This document shows, piece after piece, positions 1-9,507 of a stretch of DNA of 28,993 nucleotides (positions are counted from its first letter, which is position 1; each line of letters begins with the position of its first letter). Origin of the DNA: Kofleriaceae bacterium (lineage in GTDB: Bacteria; Myxococcota_A; Polyangia; Haliangiales; Haliangiaceae); contig JBKJLC010000018.1 in NCBI GenBank assembly GCA_046597055.1, positions 1 to 28,993 on the forward strand, in the 5' to 3' direction. Position numbers and translations under genes: made by a program. The notes beneath the pieces are model-generated. The model made no database searches and was not told where the DNA came from. It worked only from the letters and a program-made list of their open reading frames with translations.

Positions 1-1134
1 GGCGAGGTCGACCTCCTCGTCCGCGTCGAAGCGTTCGGTCCTCAGATCGCCGCGAGCACCGAGCCACGCTTTGGTCACGCGATTGGTCAGGGCCTTCCGA
101 TGCGACGGATCTTCGGAGTGCTCGAGCGCGTCGCCAAGACGACGGCGACCATCTTGCTCATGGGCGAGACCAGCACCGGCAAGGAGGTCGTCGCCCAGGC
201 GATCCACTCGCTGTCGCCGCGCTCGCGCAATGACCTCGTCGTGTTCGACTGTGGCGCGGTCCCGCCGAACCTGATCGAGAGCGAGCTGTTCGGTCACGAG
301 AAGGGCAGCTTCACCGGCGCCGTGATGACGCGGCAGGGTCTGTTCGAGCAGGCGGACGGCGGCACGCTGTTCCTCGACGAGCTCGGCGAGCTCCCGATCG
401 ATCTTCAGCCCAAGCTGCTGCGCGCGCTCGAGAACCGCGAGGTGCGCCGCGTCGGCTCGGCGAAGTCGAGCAAGGTGGACGTCCGGATCATCGCCGCGAC
501 GAACCGCAACCTCGAGGACGAGGTCAAGGCGGGTCGATTCCGCCAGGATCTGTTCTACCGGCTCAGCGTCGTGCGATTGCACCTGCCGTCGCTGCGCGAG
601 CGCGCCGATGACATCCCGCTGCTCGTCAACCACTTCCTCGAGATCGGCTCGTACAACAAGCTGCCGACCGGGACGCCCAAGGTCCGCGGTGTCAGCCGCG
701 AGGCGATGACGTTCCTGCAGAACTATCCGTGGCCGGGCAACGTCCGCGAGCTGGTCAACGTGATCGAGCGCGCGATCTCGTTCGCCGACAGCGACACGCT
801 CACCGTCGGCGACCTGCCCGACATGATCCGCGACGTGCGCCGGACCGCGCCGGTGCGGCACCTGACCGCCGAGGCCCGCCCGGCCCCGCCGCCGACGCCG
901 CGGCCGCCCGACGAGCTGATGGCCGACGGGGTGACATTCAAGGACGCCAAGGAGCGCTGGGTGTCGTCGTTCGAGAGTGACTACATCGTGCTGCTGCTCA
1001 AACGGCATGGCGGCAACATCTCGCACGCCGCGCGCGAGGCCGACATCGACCGCAAGTACTTCCGCAAGCTGATGAAGAAGTACGAGATCGAGGCGCTCGG
1101 CGCGGTCGCGCCCGACGAAGACGACGCCGAGTAG
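1..1134 (+). CDS. Sigma54-dependent Fis-family transcriptional activator (bEBP), 5'-truncated by the window edge; N-terminus possibly FHA
   Basis: Frame 1 is open from base 1. It carries Walker [24 protein letters not shown] (GAFTGA-loop variant), Walker [23 protein letters not shown] and a C-terminal HTH ([24 protein letters not shown]). Confidence 0.95.
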   Translation, partial: GEVDLLVRVEAFGPQIAASTEPRFGHAIGQGLPMRRIFGVLERVAKTTATILLMGETSTGKEVVAQAIHSLSPRSRNDLVVFDCGAVPPNLIESELFGHEKGSFTGAVMTRQGLFEQADGGTLFLDELGELPIDLQPKLLRALENREVRRVGSAKSSKVDVRIIAATNRNLEDEVKAGRFRQDLFYRLSVVRLHLPSLRERADDIPLLVNHFLEIGSYNKLPTGTPKVRGVSREAMTFLQNYPWPGNVRELVNVIERAISFADSDTLTVGDLPDMIRDVRRTAPVRHLTAEARPAPPPTPRPPDELMADGVTFKDAKERWVSSFESDYIVLLLKRHGGNISHAAREADIDRKYFRKLMKKYEIEALGAVAPDEDDAE

Positions 1135-1177
1135 GCGCCCCCCGGGCACGGCCCGCACCGACTCGACATCAGGTTCG

Positions 1178-1215
1178 GTAGCACGTCAGTTTCGTCCACG
1201 TAACCAGGACGTAAC
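1178..1215 (+). promoter_or_regulatory. Four 5-bp half-sites at 11-bp periodicity (GTAGC/GTTTC/GTAAC/GTAAC); candidate OmpR/PhoB/GlnR-type operator
   Basis: GTAGC-N6-GTTTC-N6-GTAAC-N6-GTAAC at 1178, 1189, 1200 and 1211, in the intergenic region upstream of the porin. Confidence 0.4.
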
Positions 1216-1254
1216 TGCCATCGTGGTCAGTCGAACTCTGCCTCAGAATCCCGC

Positions 1255-1271
1255 TCGGCGCGCGAGGTGCG
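1255..1271 (+). promoter_or_regulatory. Candidate sigma54 (-24/-12) promoter for the porin gene
   Basis: tCGGCGCGcgagGTGCg: GG(1257-58)-N10-GC(1269-70), about 60 nt before the ATG. It is an imperfect match to TGGCACG-N4-TTGC. Confidence 0.35.
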
Positions 1272-1329
1272 CTAGCGTAGCTCTCGCGTAGAGGATGGAG
1301 TTCCCGACAACGCTCGACAGGAGAATTGA

Positions 1330-2505
1330 ATGCGATCGATGAGTCATACCGCTGGCGGCGCGATCCTCGGGATCGTCGCAGGTGCTGCATCCTCGTTGTG
1401 TCTGTGGACCGCGACTGCGGCGGCCCAGCCGGTACCTGAGACCGAGGCGCCGGTCGAGGCCGCGCCGGTCGAGGCCGCGCCGGTGGAACCGCCCCCAGCC
1501 GCGCCCCCCCCGCCAGCCGAGGTCGACGCGGATCGCCCGTCGCTGGCCCCGACCCTGTCGGGGCATGTTGCCGCGACCTACAACTTCAACTTCATGGATC
1601 CGGCGCTCGGGACCACGCCGTTCCACTCGTACACGGCCAAGCACAACAGCTTCCTCCTCAACCACGCGCACGTGATGATCGCGGGGAGTGACGAGGCGAT
1701 CGCCTACTCGGTCGAGATCGACGCCGGCACCGACGCGATCTTCAACACCGTGGGCAGCTACTTCGACGTCCAGGAGGCGTGGGTCAGCTACACCGCGCCG
1801 TCGGGGCTCGGCTTCAAGGCCGGCAAGTTCGTCACCTTCAACGGCATCGAGGTGATCGAGTCGCCGAGCAACCCGACGATCTCGCGGGGCTTCCTGTTCG
1901 GTCTGGCTGAGCCGTTCGCCCACGTCGGCGTGCTCGGCATCTACCAGGCCAGCGACACCCTCGACTTCGCGGTCGGCGCGGTCAACGGCTGGGACCTCAT
2001 CGTCGACAACAACGACAACAAGACGCTGGTCGCCAAGGTCGGCGTCACGCAGGACAAGCTGGGCCTGATCGTCTCGGCCTACGCCGGCAAGGAGACCGGC
2101 GAGAACTACCGGGCCACCCTCGACGCCACCGCGGTCGTGAAGCTGGCCAAGCTCGACCTCTGGCTGCAGGGCAACGTCGGCTTCGAGGAGGGCGTCGCGC
2201 TCGATGGCGAGGACGCGATGTGGATGGGCTTCGGGGTCCAGCCCGTCTTCAAGATCGACGACAAGCTGTCGCTGGGCGCCCGGCTCGAGGCCTTCATCGA
2301 CGGCGACGGCGCGCGCACCACGGTCGACCAGACGCTGATCAACGTCAGCGTGGCGCCCGCGTACAAGGTGCACGATCGGGTCACCGTCCGCGCCGAGGGT
2401 CGGCTCGACTTCTCGACCGAGGACGTGTTCGTGAGCGACGATGTGACCGCGGATCCGGGCGCGATCCAGGTCATCGCGCTGACCGAGGCGAGCGTCGCCT
2501 TCTGA
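1330..2505 (+). CDS. Outer-membrane beta-barrel porin (BBP2/OmpL-like family)
   Basis: AGGAGA RBS, signal peptide and Pro/Ala/Glu linker. Motifs YNFN, AGKFVTFNGIEVIESPSNPTISRGFLFG..EPF.H.G and GAVNGWD, amphipathic beta-strands, C-terminal Phe. Confidence 0.85.
   Translation: MRSMSHTAGGAILGIVAGAASSLCLWTATAAAQPVPETEAPVEAAPVEAAPVEPPPAAPPPPAEVDADRPSLAPTLSGHVAATYNFNFMDPALGTTPFHSYTAKHNSFLLNHAHVMIAGSDEAIAYSVEIDAGTDAIFNTVGSYFDVQEAWVSYTAPSGLGFKAGKFVTFNGIEVIESPSNPTISRGFLFGLAEPFAHVGVLGIYQASDTLDFAVGAVNGWDLIVDNNDNKTLVAKVGVTQDKLGLIVSAYAGKETGENYRATLDATAVVKLAKLDLWLQGNVGFEEGVALDGEDAMWMGFGVQPVFKIDDKLSLGARLEAFIDGDGARTTVDQTLINVSVAPAYKVHDRVTVRAEGRLDFSTEDVFVSDDVTADPGAIQVIALTEASVAF
1447..1490 (+). repeat. 15-bp tandem repeat (about 3 copies) encoding the APVEA linker of the porin
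   Basis: gcgccggtcgaggcc twice, then gcgccggtggaacc. Confidence 0.8.
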
Positions 2506-2515
2506 GCGGGAACGG

Positions 2516-2544
2516 TCGCCGGTGCCGCCGAGGCGGTCCGGCGA
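2516..2544. terminator. GC-rich hairpin between convergent genes; probable terminator or stabilising stem
   Basis: tcgccgg-t-gccgc-[cgag]-gcggt-ccggcga inverted repeat between the porin stop and the regulator stop. No U-tract. Confidence 0.5.
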
Positions 2545-3291
<747 letters not shown>

Positions 3292-3298
3292 GGAGGAC

Positions 3299-3327
3299 AC
3301 GGTACAGCCACGCTCGTGACCCGTCAA
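3299..3327 (-). promoter_or_regulatory. Sigma70-type promoter of the response regulator (probably leaderless transcript)
   Basis: Minus strand TTGACG-N17-TACCGT, then 7 nt to GTG 3291. Confidence 0.65.
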
Positions 3328-3464
3328 ACCCCCGCAGGCGCGGGCGTTGGTCAGATCAGCGGCTGTGAAGCATGCGCTTCTCACTCTCCCTGTCGATCGA
3401 TCGGCCACGGCCCGGAGGCCGCGCCCGATCTGTACGGACCCAGAGCCGCCTCGCGACGCTTGGC

Positions 3465-4421
3465 TCAGCGCGTGCGAGCCGGCCCGGGGCCGGCGTGCGG
3501 CGCTGGCAAGGCCTCGGTGAGCGTGCCCTGCATCCAGGTGCCATCGGCGGCGCCGACGAACACGGCGCCGCCGCGGGTCGCGACCAGGAGCCGGCCGGCG
3601 CGATCGACCGCGAGCGCGACCGCGACGTCGGCCGCGCCGAGCGGCGGCGGCGGTGCGACCGTCCACGTGCCCTTGCGCAGGCGGACCAGCGCGACGCCGG
3701 CCGTGGTCCGGCCGAGCACCCACGCGGTGCCGTCAGCGCCGATCGTCACCTGGCTGGCGGCGACCGCGACGCCGGCGGCGCTGGGGCGATGGACGCGGCG
3801 GGTGGTGAGGTCGAGCACCCCGCCATCGCTGGTGACCGCCCACGGCGTGGCGCCGCTGCCGAACGCGACGATCGGCGTGGTCGCATGGGCGACGAAGCCG
3901 CCGCCGACGAGGCGCACGACGCCCAGCTCGCTGCCCGCGAAGACCCTGGTCTCGCTGGCGGCCCACAGCGCCTTGAACGGCCGCCCGGCGGTCGCGATCC
4001 GCTTCCACGCGGTGCCGGTGTGGACGAACACCTGTCGGCCGATCGCGACCGCGGCGCGCGGGCCGTTCGCGATCAGCGTCCGACCGCGCTCGCCGAGGCG
4101 CATCGACAGCCAGCGGTCACCGTCGCGGCGGTAGAACGGCGTCGCGCGCCCGGCGACGACGAGCATCCCGGCCGCGCGGGTCGCGCCCATGACGTCAGCC
4201 GCCACGCCGCCTTCGGTGCGGCGCACCCAGCTGCCGGCGCCATCGGGCTCCCACAGCTGGCCAGAAGGGCCGATCAGCGTCGACTGGCGAACGTCGTCGG
4301 GGGCTGCCGCCGGCGGCACGATCGCCGCGAGCGAGGGCGCCGCGAGAGCGGAGGCGGCGGAGGACCCGAGCGCGAGCGCGGCCAGGAGGAGGGCAGCGAG
4401 GTGCGCGCGGGCGGAGGTCAC
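3465..4421 (-). CDS. Secreted hypothetical protein, possibly beta-propeller-like
   Basis: Signal peptide ([22 protein letters not shown]) and repeated DG.W/GTW beta-rich segments. Its GTG overlaps the upstream stop (GTGA). Confidence 0.65.
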   Translation of the reverse strand: MTSARAHLAALLLAALALGSSAASALAAPSLAAIVPPAAAPDDVRQSTLIGPSGQLWEPDGAGSWVRRTEGGVAADVMGATRAAGMLVVAGRATPFYRRDGDRWLSMRLGERGRTLIANGPRAAVAIGRQVFVHTGTAWKRIATAGRPFKALWAASETRVFAGSELGVVRLVGGGFVAHATTPIVAFGSGATPWAVTSDGGVLDLTTRRVHRPSAAGVAVAASQVTIGADGTAWVLGRTTAGVALVRLRKGTWTVAPPPPLGAADVAVALAVDRAGRLLVATRGGAVFVGAADGTWMQGTLTEALPAPHAGPGPARTR

Positions 4422-4900
4422 GGCGTGATGGTGCCCGGCGCCGCAGCGGTCCCGGCGCTAGTCCCGGGTGCCGTCCCCGCGGCCGGTGCGGTCCCCGCGG
4501 CCGGTGCGGTTCCCGCGGCCGGATCCGTCCCTGGCGCCGTCCCGGCCGCGGGCGGAGGCGGCGGGGTGGCCGTCCCCGGCGCCGGCACCACCGGCGTCGT
4601 CCCCGGCACGGGCGCGTTCAGCTGCATCAGCTCATTGATATCGGTGTCCTTCAGCAGCCCGCACCGGCGCAGCTGGTCGACGGTCGACGACTCCATCGCG
4701 CACTGCACGCTCGACTTCTTCGCGCTGCCGCGGCACGAGCGCACCCACGCCGCGCTCACGCCGCTGTCGTTGCTCATGCGGTCGGTGCCGAGCAGGTTGC
4801 GGATGTTGCTGATCGCCTTCTTGCAGTCGCCCTCCGAGGGCTTGTTGCAGGCCGCGAGGCCGAGCACGAGACTGCACGCGAGCAAAAAACGCTGATTCAT
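4418..4900 (-). CDS. Small Cys-containing lipoprotein with Pro/Ala/Gly/Thr-rich tail
   Basis: AGGAG RBS and ATG 4900 overlapping the upstream stop (ATGA). Lipobox LAAC, four further Cys and a C-terminal PAAGTA repeat. Confidence 0.8.
   Translation of the reverse strand: MNQRFLLACSLVLGLAACNKPSEGDCKKAISNIRNLLGTDRMSNDSGVSAAWVRSCRGSAKKSSVQCAMESSTVDQLRRCGLLKDTDINELMQLNAPVPGTTPVVPAPGTATPPPPPAAGTAPGTDPAAGTAPAAGTAPAAGTAPGTSAGTAAAPGTITP
4471..4523 (-). repeat. 18-bp tandem repeat (about 3 copies) encoding PAAGTA
   Basis: Plus strand c(c/g)gt(c/t)cccgcggccgg repeated three times at 18-bp spacing. Confidence 0.8.
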
Positions 4901-5703
4901 GACCACTCCTCGGGGCAAGTCTCTACCAACTGGATGGCGCGGTCGAGATCCTGGCCGGTGTCGATCTCGCGCCACTGGCCGTGGATCGTCACCGGCGTGA
5001 TCGGGTGACCGCTGTCGATGATCTCCTGCAGGAGATCGGTCAGGTAGGCGTTGCGGAACCGCGCGGCGCGCTGGTACGGCTGGTCGTCGCGGCCCGCGTA
5101 GCGCGCGAGCGCCGCGTCCATCGTGGACGCGAGCAGCGCCATCCCGGCGGCGTCGACCTTCATCAGGCCGATGAACTCGCCATGGGCGTCGGCAGGCGGC
5201 AGCGACTTCTTGCCGACCCGGCGCACCTGGCCGCGGCCGTCGAGGTCCGACACCTCGCCCTCCTCGAGAGGGTGCAGCGTGCGGCCGACGTAGATGTCGC
5301 GGAAGTCGGCGTCGATCACCAGATCGATCGAGCCGGGCGCCGCGACCAGCGCGCGCGTGACCGGCGGCGTGAAGATGATGTCGCTGTAGGTCACTAGCGC
5401 GGGCCCCTCGAGCTCGGCGCGCGCGTAGGCGAGCGACAGCAGGATGTTGTTGGTCTCCCACTCGGGGTTGTCGATGAACGACAGCCGCATGCCGGCCGGC
5501 GCCTCGGCGCACGCGCCGGCCTCGAGCACGTCGCCGCGGTAGCCGCGGATGATCACCAGCTCGTCGACGCCGACCGCGGCGAACGCGCGCATCTGCCAGC
5601 CGAGCATGGTGTGGGCGCCGACCTGGACGAGCGTCTTGGGCAGCTCGTCGGTGTGCTCGCCCAGCCGCTTGCCGCGGCCGGCCGCGATGACGATCGCCTT
5701 CAT
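4897..5703 (-). CDS. Nucleotidyltransferase, phosphocholine/phosphonate cytidylyltransferase (LicC-like) family
   Basis: MKAIVIAAGRGKRL..PKTL, NPEW..NNILLSL, YSDIIF, GEFIGL and WREIDT..DL. ATG 5703 overlaps the upstream stop. Confidence 0.88.
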   Translation of the reverse strand: MKAIVIAAGRGKRLGEHTDELPKTLVQVGAHTMLGWQMRAFAAVGVDELVIIRGYRGDVLEAGACAEAPAGMRLSFIDNPEWETNNILLSLAYARAELEGPALVTYSDIIFTPPVTRALVAAPGSIDLVIDADFRDIYVGRTLHPLEEGEVSDLDGRGQVRRVGKKSLPPADAHGEFIGLMKVDAAGMALLASTMDAALARYAGRDDQPYQRAARFRNAYLTDLLQEIIDSGHPITPVTIHGQWREIDTGQDLDRAIQLVETCPEEWS

Positions 5704-6461
5704 GACGCCTCCGACGAGGACGGGGCGGGCGGCCGCGGGGTCGAGCGCCCGAGCCGGACGAGGATCTTGAGCATCGACATGCCGAGGTAGAGCACGTTCA
5801 CCGCGCCGTAGGCCCAGAAGTAGAGGTCGATCCGGTTGGCCACCGCGCAGATCCAGATGTACTGCGGGTAGTGCACGACCACCCGGGCCGACCACTCGAG
5901 CCCGCTGATGACCATGCCGATCGGGCCGCGGCGGCCGCCAACCTCGGCCGGCTGACCGTCCTCGGTCGGGGGCTTGGCGCCGTACTCGGGCCGGCGCATG
6001 AACGAGGTGAGCGAGATCCCCGACGCCAGCGCGAACAGGCCGGCCAACCCGATCACCAGCAGGTGCTCGTCGTCGGTCTGCTGCCACAGGCGCACCGCGA
6101 CGCATCCATAGATGAGCATCGCCTTCAGCTCGTCCATCAGGAAGTCGAGCAGGTGGCCGAGTGGCGACGCGATCTTGCGGACGCGTGCCAGCATGCCGTC
6201 GACGCAGTCGAGGACGAACGACAGCTCGTACACCGCCGCCGCCACCACCAGGCCGACCCAGCCGGGCCAGGCCACCAGCAGCGCGCCGGCGATCGCCGCC
6301 ACCACGGTCGACAGGAACGTGACCTGGTTGGGCGTGATCGGCGTGTTGCGGAGCAGCCACACGAACACCGCCGCCGGCGGCCGGGCGACGTGCTGGGTGA
6401 ACCAGTTGATGTCCTTCCGCTTCCGCGAGGACCGGTAGATGGCGACGATCTCGGACAACAT
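5700..6461 (-). CDS. CDP-alcohol phosphatidyltransferase family protein
   Basis: ITPNQVT and the signature DCVDGMLAR-x6-LG-x3-D-x3-D (DCVDGMLARVRKIASPLGHLLDFLMD); multiple TM helices. Confidence 0.93.
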   Translation of the reverse strand: MLSEIVAIYRSSRKRKDINWFTQHVARPPAAVFVWLLRNTPITPNQVTFLSTVVAAIAGALLVAWPGWVGLVVAAAVYELSFVLDCVDGMLARVRKIASPLGHLLDFLMDELKAMLIYGCVAVRLWQQTDDEHLLVIGLAGLFALASGISLTSFMRRPEYGAKPPTEDGQPAEVGGRRGPIGMVISGLEWSARVVVHYPQYIWICAVANRIDLYFWAYGAVNVLYLGMSMLKILVRLGRSTPRPPAPSSSEAS

Positions 6462-6583
6462 GCGGGCGTGCCGTTCGGCTGAGCGACGTTACGGGCGGGG
6501 ACGCGGGTGACCGCGACCGACCGGTCTATAGCGCAAAGCGCGGCCCGGCTCCATCGGCGGCGCCCCGGTGATACACCCGTCGC

Positions 6584-7393
6584 ATGTTCATCGACGCGGC
6601 GAGCGCCGCCCGGATCGACGCGGGTGAGGCGCGGCTGTCGTCGGCGATCGCCGGCACGCTCCAGGCGCGCGGGGTGGCGGTCGAGGTGACGCCGGTGGTC
6701 GGCGGCGTGTCGGTGCTGGCCCAGGCCGGCTCGCAGATCAACAAGGTCATTGGCGCCGGCTTCGGGTTCGTCCCCGACGACGCGGCGCTGGCAGCGGTCG
6801 AGGCCGCGTGGTGGGCTCGCGGCGAGCCGGTCCGCTTCGAGGTCGCGACCCTGGCCGACCCGGCGTTCTCCGCCTACCTCACCGCGCGCGGTTACCAGCT
6901 GCGCGGCTTCGAGCACGTCCTCACCCGCCGGCTGACCGACGCTGTGCTGCCGCCCGGCGACGTGACCGTGGACCGGGTCGGGCCCGACCACGGTGCGCGC
7001 TGGCTCGAGGTCTCGCTGGCCGGCTGGGGCCCGGCCGACGGCACGCCGCACGAGCAGGGCGGGCTGCGCGAGGTCTTCACCGACTTTCTCCGCACCGACG
7101 CGATCGCGCACTACCTCGGGTCCATCGACGGGGTCGCGGCCGGCTCCGCCAGCGCGCGCTACGACCCCGACGGCATCGCCTACCTGGTCGGTGCCTCGAC
7201 CGCGCCCGGCTACCGCCGGCGCGGCGTCCAGCGCGCGATCCTGAATGCCCGCCTGGCGGCCGCGCGGGAGGCCGGCTGCGAGCTGGCGGTGGTCACCACC
7301 GACCCCGGATCGCAGTCGCAGGCCAACGTGATCCGCGCCGGGTTCGAGGTCGGCTACGCCCGCGCCGTGCTGGTGCGGCCGCCGCCGGCCTGA
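6584..7393 (+). CDS. GNAT family N-acetyltransferase
   Basis: C-terminal acetyl-CoA motif A (GASTAPGYRRRGVQRAIL) and SQSQANVIRAGF. The N-terminal half also looks GNAT-like (YLTARGY). Confidence 0.88.
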   Translation: MFIDAASAARIDAGEARLSSAIAGTLQARGVAVEVTPVVGGVSVLAQAGSQINKVIGAGFGFVPDDAALAAVEAAWWARGEPVRFEVATLADPAFSAYLTARGYQLRGFEHVLTRRLTDAVLPPGDVTVDRVGPDHGARWLEVSLAGWGPADGTPHEQGGLREVFTDFLRTDAIAHYLGSIDGVAAGSASARYDPDGIAYLVGASTAPGYRRRGVQRAILNARLAAAREAGCELAVVTTDPGSQSQANVIRAGFEVGYARAVLVRPPPA

Positions 7394-7430
7394 TCGGCGA
7401 CGCCGGGGCGCGGCCTCGCGCACCACGGGA

Positions 7431-9227
7431 TCAGCAGCCGGTCGGCTTGACCTCGGCCTTGGCACCGCCGTCGATCTTGACCGCTTCGAGCGTGATCTTG
7501 GACTTGCATTCGCCGGCCACGCCGGCCTTGACCCGCTTGAACGTGACGTTCTTGAGGCTGGCGCTCACGTCCCGGGTGACTGCCACCGCGGCCTCGTCGG
7601 CGGTGTCCTGGATCACGGCGTGCTCGAGCAGGTTGTCCTCGGCGCGGTTCGACAGCTGGACGCCGCCCCACGCGCCGGCCTCGTCGCGCACGCCGCGCAG
7701 CACGATCGGCTTGTCCTTGGTCCCGGTCGCGCGCAGCGACGCCTTGTTGTGATAGCCGATCCGCAGGAAGGTCCCGGCGCCGTCGAAGCGGAGCTCGAGC
7801 CCGGCCGCGAGCAGGAGCTTGGCGTTGTTGACGTCGACGGTGCCCTTGAGCTGGATCGCGGCGGCCGGCTGCGGTGACCAGGTCTGATCGCTCTCGAGGG
7901 TGCCGCCCTCGACCATGATCGGCTGGTCGGCCGCGTAGGTGTTGGCCGCGCCCAGCTTGCCGACCTGGTCGGGAAACATCGTGATCGCGGTCGTGTTGGC
8001 CTCGAACCGATTGCCGTCGATCGCCTTGATCTTGCCGCGAACCTGGCTGGCGATGCCGACGGTGTTGCTCTTGATGCTGCTGTTCTTGACCGTGAGCACG
8101 CCGCCGTCGACGACGAACACCGCGCCGAGGTCGGTGTTCTCGCCGCCGTACTGGACGGTCGCGTGGCTGAGCGTCAGCTCGCCCTTGCCATGGGCGCCCA
8201 CGCCTTGCCACTTGCCGGGCTCGGCGCCGTCGGCGGCCGTGAACAGCACCGGCTTCTCGGCGGTGCCCTGGACGTCGATCGATCCGGGGGTGTGGTAGCC
8301 GGCGTGCAGGTCGACGCCGGGCCGGAAGCGCAGCTCCGTGCCGGCCTGGATGACCAGCTTGGCGTGGCCGTGCTCGCCGTCGACCCGGACCTGCCGCTCG
8401 ACGACGTAGTGGCTGCCCGGGTTGCGCCAGGTCGCGTCCTCGCTGACGGTGCCGCCGCGGATCTGCACGAAGCCGCCCTCGGAGAACGTGTTGCCCTCGC
8501 CCAGGGCGCCCACCGCGATCGCCGGCAGCGAGGCCGCAATGGTGCCGGCCTGGTCGAAGTGCAGCCCGGCGCCCTGCTTGACCGTCATGTCGTCGGCGAC
8601 CCACAGCCCTACCTCGGCCGCGTTCTTGATCGTGACGTCCTGGAGGCTGACGTCGACCGCCTCGATGCGGAGCGCGCCCTCGTCGCTGCCGGCGTTCTCG
8701 ATCACCAGGCCGGTGAGCGTGGACCGCGCGGCAAACGAGGCCAGGCGCACGCCGGCCCACGAGCCGGGGACCTGGTCGCCACCGGCGATCAGCCGGACCG
8801 GGTCGGCGGCGGTGCCGTTGACCTTGAGCTTGCTGGGGGTGCGGTAGCCGACCACCAGCCGGGCGCCGGGCTGGAACGCCAGCACCGCGCCGGCCTCGAG
8901 CGTGAGCGAGCCTTCGACGCTGTAGTCGCCTTTGACCGGGACCGGCCCGCACTCCTTCTTGATGGTGCGATCCAAACCGGTGTCGGTGCCCTCGAGCGAC
9001 TTGGGGCACTCGGTGATCGGCTTGAGCCCGGACAGCTCGCCGCCGGTGGCGGTCGAGCCCGGGCTGTCGCCCGGGTTGCCGGCGACCCCGCCGACGCCCG
9101 GGTTCTCGGCACCGGTGACCACGGCCGCGTCGGCGCCGGCCTGGTGGGTCGCCGGCTTCTTCTTGCAACCGCCAGCCGCGACCAGGCCACCAGCGACGAA
9201 CACCACCCCGAATGCACGCAGGTTCAT
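7431..9227 (-). CDS. Lipoprotein with three repeated modules, probably right-handed parallel beta-helix (pectin-lyase-like fold)
   Basis: Lipobox-like AGGC followed by KKK. Three copies of L..AG..L.F...L..GY.....L...GT...P...G.W.GV, plus N/T-rich beta-helix segments. Confidence 0.75.
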   Translation of the reverse strand: MNLRAFGVVFVAGGLVAAGGCKKKPATHQAGADAAVVTGAENPGVGGVAGNPGDSPGSTATGGELSGLKPITECPKSLEGTDTGLDRTIKKECGPVPVKGDYSVEGSLTLEAGAVLAFQPGARLVVGYRTPSKLKVNGTAADPVRLIAGGDQVPGSWAGVRLASFAARSTLTGLVIENAGSDEGALRIEAVDVSLQDVTIKNAAEVGLWVADDMTVKQGAGLHFDQAGTIAASLPAIAVGALGEGNTFSEGGFVQIRGGTVSEDATWRNPGSHYVVERQVRVDGEHGHAKLVIQAGTELRFRPGVDLHAGYHTPGSIDVQGTAEKPVLFTAADGAEPGKWQGVGAHGKGELTLSHATVQYGGENTDLGAVFVVDGGVLTVKNSSIKSNTVGIASQVRGKIKAIDGNRFEANTTAITMFPDQVGKLGAANTYAADQPIMVEGGTLESDQTWSPQPAAAIQLKGTVDVNNAKLLLAAGLELRFDGAGTFLRIGYHNKASLRATGTKDKPIVLRGVRDEAGAWGGVQLSNRAEDNLLEHAVIQDTADEAAVAVTRDVSASLKNVTFKRVKAGVAGECKSKITLEAVKIDGGAKAEVKPTGC

Positions 9228-9507
9228 CGCAACGTCTTACGTGGACGGCCGGGTGCGATCAAGGGCACGGTGCGGCACGCGGCGGCGGTGGTCTGAGCGG
9301 TGGAGCGCCGTCGGGGGGGCACGATCGAGCGGTCGTGCCGGGCCCGCGATCGAGCCGTGGCTGACCTCACCGCGCGCTTCCAGCGCCTGCCGTCGCCCGC
9401 CGATGTAAGCCGTGGATCGCCCGATCTGGCTTGCGCGGGAGTCAGCGCTATGGCTACCGTCCGCGCCGTTCACGTCCGTAACAATTCAGATGACCTGGGG
9501 GTTCAGG

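Noticed and set aside
1..130. Slightly different codon style at the extreme 5' end suggesting another junction
   Set aside because: The segment is too short to judge and the frame is continuous.
3292..3723. N-terminal extension of the response regulator ORF; similar extensions at 4901-5512, 5704-6360 and 19240-19296
   Set aside because: They overlap other genes or promoters and have low-complexity Arg-rich composition. Better starts exist with an RBS, translational coupling or a promoter.
4430..4610. Short tandem repeats here and at 1447-1490 as CRISPR or mobile-element ends
   Set aside because: They are in-frame coding linker repeats with no unique spacers, and no cas or transposase genes are present.
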